A stretch of 64,000 nt of DNA, taken from the NCBI GenBank assembly GCA_964035575.1, contig OZ037836.1, positions 1,736,001 through 1,800,000 on the forward strand, read 5' to 3'. This stretch comes from Rhynchopus sp. YZ270_cl-10 (taxonomy: Eukaryota). Below are positions 59,201 to 64,000 of the stretch, piece after piece; positions within the stretch are counted from its first letter, which is position 1, and the number at the start of each line of letters is the position of its first letter. The notes beneath the pieces were generated by a model, which made no database searches, had not been told where the DNA came from, and saw only the letters and a program-made list of their open reading frames with translations. The position numbers were made by a program, and so were the translations under genes.

Positions 59201-62200
59201 GGGGGACGACCACACTGTGGGTGCAAACATCCCGCAGAACACACCCGGAATGCGTGTGACCTTCATCCAGTTCTCGAAGGCGGACGCACGCCCGGACGAG
59301 GACCACCCGACGAACTGCGCCGTTGGTGCCTGCACGGACGGACACCTGTCGGGACTGAGGGAGGAGCTGTTTGGGGACCTGGACTGGCACGAGGCACACT
59401 ACCAGTCGCAGTGGACGTACCTGCACGACGCACTGAACGACGTGGCAGACAACACGTTCCTCGCGACGCAGAGCCCACCGTACAGAGAGCACGTTGTTGT
59501 GATCATTGCGGACGGGGGGCTGACGGACTACGACGGTGATGCGTGCTCGAACGGGTGCGGGAAGTGGTACGGGAAGGACAGGTACTGGCAGGCGCGTTAC
59601 CAGGACTCGCTGCTGGAGGGCCAGCAGAAGCTGCGTGACGAGGGGGTTACTGTGTTCGGTGTGGTCGTGCGCCGCTACGCTGCACACACGTTTGCGGACG
59701 AGAACGCGGAGGTGAAGCTGAAGCCGCTGATCAGCGACCCACGTGACGAGCACTTCATGAACGTGGAGATGGACAAGCTGAAGATTGATGTGCTGGACCA
59801 GCTGTGCGAGAAGTCGAGCACGTTTGGGAAGATCATTGCGAAGACGCTTGCGACGTGTGCAGACCTTGTGGGGCAGGCGGCGTGCGAGGGTGACGACGGC
59901 TGTGTGTGGGCGGACCCCACATGCAGCAAGTCGGTGTGCTACGACCTGTGCACGGAGGAGAAGTGCGACACGAACCCGCTCTGCACGTGGACCGCACCAA
60001 ACGCCCCGAACGAGTGCACGCTGACCCCGCTGACACCGGTGCCGCCGACGCCGGCACCAGCAACACTTGCGCCACCGACACCTGTGCCGTCGACAGCGGC
60101 ACCGCCAACACAGCCACCAGCAACGTCTGCGCCACCAACACCTGCACCGCCAACAGACGCACCCGAGACACCGGCACCGGAGACGATTCCACCGACCGCT
60201 GTGCCGACACCGTCGCCGCCTGTGGACGAGTGTGCGGATGCGGCGACGAAGAAGGTGTGCGAGGATGCGGGACAGACGTGTGTGGACCCGGACCAGCAGA
60301 AGCCAGATGACTGGAAGTGTGTGTGCCCGCCACCGAGCACAGCGTCGCTTGTGGGGGCGGCTGCGCAGGACTGCATGTTTGACGAGTGCAGCCTGTACAG
60401 CATGACGTGCCAGTCTGTGGGGCAGACGTGTGTGGACCCGGAGAAGGAGAAGCCGGACTCGTGGAAGTGCGAGTGTGTGCCGCCGCAGACGCTTGTGGGG
60501 ACGTCGGTGGTCGGGAAGCCTGCAATCTGCAAGGACCCGCCGGGCGACTGTGAGACGCTTGGGGACATCTGCCACGCTGCGGGGCAGTCGTGCTCGACAG
60601 GGGCGACGGTGCACGACAAGAAGGTTGTGTGCGAGTGCATTCCGCCAGCCACGGGGACACCCGGACAGCACGTGCCTGCGGTGTGCGAGCTGGACGAGTG
60701 CAAGGCTGTGTGTCCGACGTGTGCGCAGACAGACTCGTGGCCGGCGAACAAGTGCGAAGAGGCGGGACAGGACTGCGAGGACCTGGGCCTGGGACACCTG
60801 AGCCTCGGGGACTGGCAGTGCAAGTGCAGAACGCCGTACACCGGGACTCAGGTGACGGCACCTGCAGTGTGTGAGCTGGACGAGTGCAAGGCTGTGTGCC
60901 CGACGTGTGCGAGCACGGCACAGGGGGCGCAGAACCTCTGCGAGGAGAAGGGGCAGACGTGTGTGGAGAAGAGCCTGACGACGACGAGCGACTGGGAGTG
61001 CCACTGCGTGGACCCGAAGGTGGGGACGGCGCTGACGGCTGTTGCGGACTGCGAGGAGGACGAGTGCAGGACACGGGAGCAGATCTGTGTGGGGGCCGGG
61101 CAGGCGTGCGTGGATGTGGACCACAAGGCTGCGTCGTCGTGGGAGTGTGTGTGCCCGCCGCCGTCGAACTCGACACAGGTTGCTGGTGCGGCGGTGTGCG
61201 AGGTGGACGAGTGCACGCTGGCGGACATCAAGAAGGTGTGCGAAGACAGCCACCAGGTCTGTGTGGACACGGACATCACGTCGCTCGGAAACTGGGAGTG
61301 CCACTGCGTGGCGCCTGCACACGGGACTGCGCCGCAGCACGCGGTGGCGTCGTGCTCGCTGGACGAGTGTGCGGTGAAGTGCCCGACGTGTGCCGACAAG
61401 GACAACGGGAGCGGGAACGTGTGCACAGCTGCAGGGCAGCTCTGCGAGGACCCGCAGCCGACACACACAAACCTGAACGACTGGCTCTGCAAGTGCCCGC
61501 CGCCAAGCACAAAGACGGCAGTGACGACGACTGTGGCAGATTGTCGGGACGGGTTTGACGAGTGTGTGGAGCGGTCGGACGCTGTGCAGTGCAAGCACAC
61601 CCCGCGGTACTCGCTGGACGGGTGTCTGTGCCAGTGTGGGTGGACGAGCGACGAGTACAAGCAGACGGAGCCGTGCACGGACGGATGCTGCAACCCGATG
61701 CACGAGAAGTCGTCGTGGTGCCTTGTGGACACGACGGACGACTACAACCTGAACAAGCCGCACTGCCTTGCGGCGTCGAAGCAGTTCTGTCTGTCTGCGG
61801 GCCAGGTCCCGGCTGACGGGGGCAGGCCGCTGCGCGACACGATTCCCGGGGTCCCGAACGGGCAGACGAACGTGTGCACGGATGTGGGACAGAAGTGTGT
61901 GGACCCGGACGAGAAGACGGAGAAGGACTGGTGGTGTGAGTGCGTGCTCCCGAAGAGCGGGCCGAAGGGTCTGCAGAGCCCTGCGGTGTGTGAGGAGGAC
62001 GAGTGCGTGACGCATGGGGCTGTGTGCACGAACGCTGGACAGAAGTGTGTTGACGCGGACCACAGTGCGATGATGAACTGGCAGTGCGAGTGTGTTGTGG
62101 GCCCCCCGAAGACGGGTGCGCAGGGCGTTGCGGTGTGCGAGATTGACGAGTGCATTGAGATCTGCCCGACGTGTGCGACCGACAACGGGACGACTGTGTG

Positions 62201-64000
62201 CGCAGAGGCGGGGCAGGACTGTGCAGACCCGAACACGGCTGGGACAAGCCTGAGCGACTGGACGTGCACATGCCCGCTGCCGAGCCAGGGCACCGCTGTC
62301 GGCGGCCCTGTGGCGAAGTGTCTGCTGGACGAGTGCGCGGAGCCGCCCCCAGGTGTGCCCTGCGCAACGTGTGCGAAGGGGGCGTGTGGGGACCAGACGT
62401 GCGAGGACCCGGACCAGTCGCCGACATCGGTGAACGACTGGCGCTGCGTGTGTCTGCCGCCGTCGAACACAGTGGCGATTGGGAACCGTGCGACGTGCGA
62501 GATTGACGAGTGCGACGGGAAGGTGTGCGCGCTGGGGCAGCACTGCTACGACCCCGACCTGACTGCGTCGGACACGTGGCAGTGTGAGTGTGTTGCGCCT
62601 GCGACCGGGACCCAGCTTATGGGGAACGCGACGTGTGAGGAGGACGAGTGCCAGGAGCACGAGGAGGTGTGCATGCGTGCCGGGCAGTCATGCACGGACC
62701 CGAACAAGCAGGTGCACGACAACTGGCTGTGCGAGTGCATTGCGCCGGACCTGGGTTTGCCCGGGGCGCAGAAGCCTGCAGAGTGCAAGCCGTCGGAGGA
62801 GTGCAAGGACAACACCCTGTGCAGTGGTGCCGGACAGCACTGTGTGGACCCGAACGCAGCGGTGCTGGACGACTGGCAGTGCCAGTGCATTGCGCCGCTG
62901 ACGGGGGCATCTGTGACGAAGGGGGTCGCAGACTGCACGATTGACGAGTGCCTGGAGGTGTGCCCGACGTGCGCAAGGCAGACGGGGGCGGCAACGAAAT
63001 TGTGCGAGCTGCACGGGCAGACGTGTGAGGAGCCGGACACGAAGACGCTGAACGACTGGCGCTGTGTCTGTGTGCTACCTGCGACGGGCACGCCCGGAGT
63101 GACGGCACCCGCAAACTGCCTTTTGGACGAGTGTGTGGCGACCTGCGACAGCTGTGCGATGAACACGTGCTCGGACAAGGGACAGCTGTGCGAGGACCCG
63201 AACACGGACCCGAAGTACAAGCGCGACTGGCTGTGCAAGTGCGCCCCGCCGTCGACGAACACGATGACCGCGGGGGCGGTGGCAACGTGCATGTACGACG
63301 AGTGCAGCGCACCGGGGAACCAGGACGTGTGCGGGACGGGCCAGCTGTGTGTGGACACGAACCAGGGTGAGGAGGGGACCTGGGAGTGCTCGTGCCCGGC
63401 ACCGTACAGTGGGTCGGCGGCACAGGCGGCTGTTGGGAAGTGCTCGCTGAACGAGTGCACAACGAAGTGCAGCGGGTGTGCGGACAAAGACAACGGCCAG
63501 GGGAACGTGTGCACACGCGAGGACCAGACCTGCGTGGACCCGGACATCCACAACGACGGGGACTGGTACTGCGAGTGCAAGGTGGGGACTGGGCTGGCTG
63601 TCGGGAAGCCCGTTGTGCTGTGCGTGCTTGACGAGTGTGCTGTGGCGTGCCCGACGTGTGCGGATACCGGAGGCGGGAACCTGTGCACGAAGGAGGGACA
63701 GACGTGCAAGGACGTGAACACTGCGGCAGACTCGAAGGGGGACTGGGAGTGCCGCTGCCCGCCGCCGTTTGAGGAGAAGTTTGTGAAGGCTGGGCTGGCG
63801 GTGTGCAGTGTCGACGAGTGTGCTGACATGCTGGGCGGGAAGGTGAACGGGGCTGTGTGTGTGGACAACGGGCAGCTGTGCCACGACTCGCACCTCGACA
63901 CGCTGAACGACTTTGACTGCGTGTGCCCGCCGCCGCGCCACGGAACGAAGACGGGGGCACCTGCAGAGTGTGTAAAGGACGAGTGCCTGCTGCACGAGGA
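53229..64000 (+). CDS. Gene D (3' truncated by window): giant adhesin-like protein with 4 vWA domains, short Cys repeats, Pro/Thr linker and EGF-like repeats (>3590 aa)
   Basis: Same leader and ATG context at 53229. Not in the ORF track, consistent with no stop before the window end. Frame checked by hand at 53376, 54054, 55743, 57417, 59100 and 63621 (all in frame with 53229). 63627-64000 closely matches gene A from 4595 and gene B from 21984. Confidence 0.88.
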   Translation, partial: MPRLMYMREVVLLSAAVASHAACTDYGTDATACGADAACLWSPVWYPDLCTEDPCRAQVGSSDCGTTSVEMPATVCQAPSGDPDFCTVEVCQYDLALSPRCHVKNCLFFTQGTCGGSCKWETTADVSDKRPAEQMSYCVEDHCAGQGSQTACEGQNGCAWTSGSCGMTDCANHADEKDCDHDLRCHYDNTAGFCKTTVCAPTTSSVDCKADNACMWNDDDKVCVPKTCDKHNLPTADRCACADDPDCKWHIGASGSYCVDPLYDACPDLDIAFVLDGSGSMSRSFGSHAHGFYGLLEIMRDWMQTVPLTGDDHTRGANIDSKGKGFRITFIQFSKADANPGEDHPTNCAVGACTDGHLSGRRDELNGDITWHENNYQAHWTYMHEALQDVADNTFTASQSPSWRDHVVIIIADGGITDIDGDACCQTRCGDRRCVDRNWRSTYPAALEQAQQDLRDENVQVFGVVMRRYSQHTFQDDNAEAKLTPLVTAPSDEHFMNLMLDEIQDEMLLKLCDPNSVFGKTLAKPAVTSACPAKSKTDCESTSYCVYDVALGSCTESVCFPLCDEQNCIANDACQWTAADGRCDPKPPGCTALSQTECKNDPTCLWDAVWNKGDNCVENPCIKVDGSTACNGHVEPVQTCTADAQNPDKCDLETCAYDAATNKCEVKKCLEDEDGRCTTNTDCEWVKPAGSPATTTPSTLVGYCDEKICTTTDQGVCDADPLCKWDTNTCVTSECAKNRNEKDCDQNPKCHWDLTLDPQGCKEEPCQLLTDTATCTGSPDNCMWTDTDTCVPKNCDHYTAKCDCEKDADCAWHHGPGGSYCSVPRYSNCPDLDIAFVLDGSGSMSRSFGSHAHGFYGLLEIMRDWIKDVPLTGDDHTMGSNIDSKDAGFRITFIQFSKADATPAEDHPTNCAVGSCTDGHLSGLREELNGDITWHEDNYQSQWTYLHAALQDVADNTFTAAQSPSWRDHVVIIIADGGITDNDGDACCSWSCGDWRCIDPQHRDEYKGMLVTAQQDLRDENVQVFGVVMRRYSQHTFQDDNAEAKLTPLVTEPSADHFMNLMLDEIKDEMLLKLCDPNSVFGQVLVAKEPECVGNLAEAECTADKACVWDTTVCKNSECYPHCDEQTCLTNPACAWNNGQCEEDPGCVKHTDSTACKNDPTCLWDAVWKKGDNCVDNPCVDVAKDDCAAVGATVDPCTPPNGDPDFCKLDVCHVTTGDVCEVKKCLEDEDGRCTTNTDCEWVPANPLPTNPPTSTTVGYCDEKTCTTTDQGVCDADPLCKWDAGKCVETPCAQHKNEKDCDQDGTCGWVATQDPQVCVEHECVVHDSTMPCEADDNCMWANVLGKDQCVPKTCEKYDFKCDCEKDADCKWHHGQGSAQCVVTAYDTCPDLDIAFVLDGSGSMSRSFGSHAHGFYGLLEIMRDWIKDVPLTGDDHTMGANIDSKGKGFRVTFIQFSKADASPAEDHPTNCAVGACTDGHLSGRRDELNGDITWHENNYQSQWTYLHAALQDVADNTFTASQSPSWREHAVVIIADGGLTDYDGDACCSWSCGDWRCVDRSFRSTYPAMLDTAQGQLRSEDVMVLGVVIRRYSQHTFQDDNAEAKLSPLVTAPTSDHFMNVMLDELKEAVLMKLCDDTSKFGQALARSTGCPQFLNEQDCKLDKACAWGATTAGVCGDSECYANCEEMDCTQNPKCQYDPTNKICTEKETCEEKNVADCKDDKNCLWDVVWGKDTCVDNPCVDPADEDACHDVLATVPNPCTPPAGNPDYCDLDVCLFDKTGDLCEVQKCLHDSQDRCENDDECEWNPPSTMPLPTGPPSTLISWCKPKECVHTTQDLCLADDVCEWKNGVCIEDECVKLPDEKECDANPKCHMDTSTVPAKCKKTECAKWDAQVPCNNDTKCMFNDDDVCVPKTCEKHGARCDCQEDPDCAWHHAGALSACTSPHFDACPDMDIAFLLDGSGSMQRRFGAHAHGFYGMIEMMRDWVKTVPLTGDDHTVGANIPQNTPGMRVTFIQFSKADARPDEDHPTNCAVGACTDGHLSGLREELFGDLDWHEAHYQSQWTYLHDALNDVADNTFLATQSPPYREHVVVIIADGGLTDYDGDACSNGCGKWYGKDRYWQARYQDSLLEGQQKLRDEGVTVFGVVVRRYAAHTFADENAEVKLKPLISDPRDEHFMNVEMDKLKIDVLDQLCEKSSTFGKIIAKTLATCADLVGQAACEGDDGCVWADPTCSKSVCYDLCTEEKCDTNPLCTWTAPNAPNECTLTPLTPVPPTPAPATLAPPTPVPSTAAPPTQPPATSAPPTPAPPTDAPETPAPETIPPTAVPTPSPPVDECADAATKKVCEDAGQTCVDPDQQKPDDWKCVCPPPSTASLVGAAAQDCMFDECSLYSMTCQSVGQTCVDPEKEKPDSWKCECVPPQTLVGTSVVGKPAICKDPPGDCETLGDICHAAGQSCSTGATVHDKKVVCECIPPATGTPGQHVPAVCELDECKAVCPTCAQTDSWPANKCEEAGQDCEDLGLGHLSLGDWQCKCRTPYTGTQVTAPAVCELDECKAVCPTCASTAQGAQNLCEEKGQTCVEKSLTTTSDWECHCVDPKVGTALTAVADCEEDECRTREQICVGAGQACVDVDHKAASSWECVCPPPSNSTQVAGAAVCEVDECTLADIKKVCEDSHQVCVDTDITSLGNWECHCVAPAHGTAPQHAVASCSLDECAVKCPTCADKDNGSGNVCTAAGQLCEDPQPTHTNLNDWLCKCPPPSTKTAVTTTVADCRDGFDECVERSDAVQCKHTPRYSLDGCLCQCGWTSDEYKQTEPCTDGCCNPMHEKSSWCLVDTTDDYNLNKPHCLAASKQFCLSAGQVPADGGRPLRDTIPGVPNGQTNVCTDVGQKCVDPDEKTEKDWWCECVLPKSGPKGLQSPAVCEEDECVTHGAVCTNAGQKCVDADHSAMMNWQCECVVGPPKTGAQGVAVCEIDECIEICPTCATDNGTTVCAEAGQDCADPNTAGTSLSDWTCTCPLPSQGTAVGGPVAKCLLDECAEPPPGVPCATCAKGACGDQTCEDPDQSPTSVNDWRCVCLPPSNTVAIGNRATCEIDECDGKVCALGQHCYDPDLTASDTWQCECVAPATGTQLMGNATCEEDECQEHEEVCMRAGQSCTDPNKQVHDNWLCECIAPDLGLPGAQKPAECKPSEECKDNTLCSGAGQHCVDPNAAVLDDWQCQCIAPLTGASVTKGVADCTIDECLEVCPTCARQTGAATKLCELHGQTCEEPDTKTLNDWRCVCVLPATGTPGVTAPANCLLDECVATCDSCAMNTCSDKGQLCEDPNTDPKYKRDWLCKCAPPSTNTMTAGAVATCMYDECSAPGNQDVCGTGQLCVDTNQGEEGTWECSCPAPYSGSAAQAAVGKCSLNECTTKCSGCADKDNGQGNVCTREDQTCVDPDIHNDGDWYCECKVGTGLAVGKPVVLCVLDECAVACPTCADTGGGNLCTKEGQTCKDVNTAADSKGDWECRCPPPFEEKFVKAGLAVCSVDECADMLGGKVNGAVCVDNGQLCHDSHLDTLNDFDCVCPPPRHGTKTGAPAECVKDECLLHE
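54024..54764 (+). other. vWA domain 1 of gene D
   Basis: CPDLDIAFVLDGSGSM (MIDAS DxSxS), WTYM (Thr), VVIIIADGG (Asp), closing LLKLC. Confidence 0.85.
55713..56453 (+). other. vWA domain 2 of gene D
   Basis: Same motifs; DGSGS at 55743. Confidence 0.85.
57387..58127 (+). other. vWA domain 3 of gene D
   Basis: Same motifs; DGSGS at 57417. Confidence 0.85.
59070..59807 (+). other. vWA domain 4 of gene D (most divergent)
   Basis: CPDMDIAFLLDGSGSM; DGSGS at 59100; WTYL; VVVIIADGG. Confidence 0.85.

Noticed and set aside
57606..62660. 1684-aa minus-strand ORF and the many other antisense/alternate-frame ORFs over genes A-D
   Set aside because: Shadows of strongly biased codon usage in the plus-strand CDS; no recognisable domains.
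53385..63626. Segments missing from A-C as spliced introns (retrocopy model)
   Set aside because: No GT-AG ends, segments encode intact domains, and kilobases of non-coding flank are co-duplicated, indicating DNA-level events.

Overview
Eukaryotic, intron-free, all-plus-strand gene cluster. The style fits a euglenozoan such as a diplonemid, but that is inference only. The core is a tandem array of four paralogous giant Cys-rich surface protein genes: A 4432-10029, B 21821-32071, C 40254-48074 and D 53229->64000. D runs off the window and is absent from the ORF track. All four share a 5' leader, signal peptide and ~50-aa EGF-like repeats; A-C end in a Pro/Thr/Ser mucin stalk, TM helix and acidic dileucine tail. 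D alone carries four MIDAS-intact vWA domains. A, B and C look like in-frame internal deletion derivatives of a D-like gene: they share one junction that skips ~10.2 kb (the whole vWA head), and A and C have further in-frame deletions at 10-nt microhomologies. A secreted B-lectin+WSC gene (15035-15820) lies between A and B. The spacers are mosaics of dispersed repeats, segmental duplications and nested TIR elements, including one insertion supported by a filled/empty site pair inside the window, plus possible transposase and retroelement relics. No rRNA, tRNA or CRISPR array was recognised.
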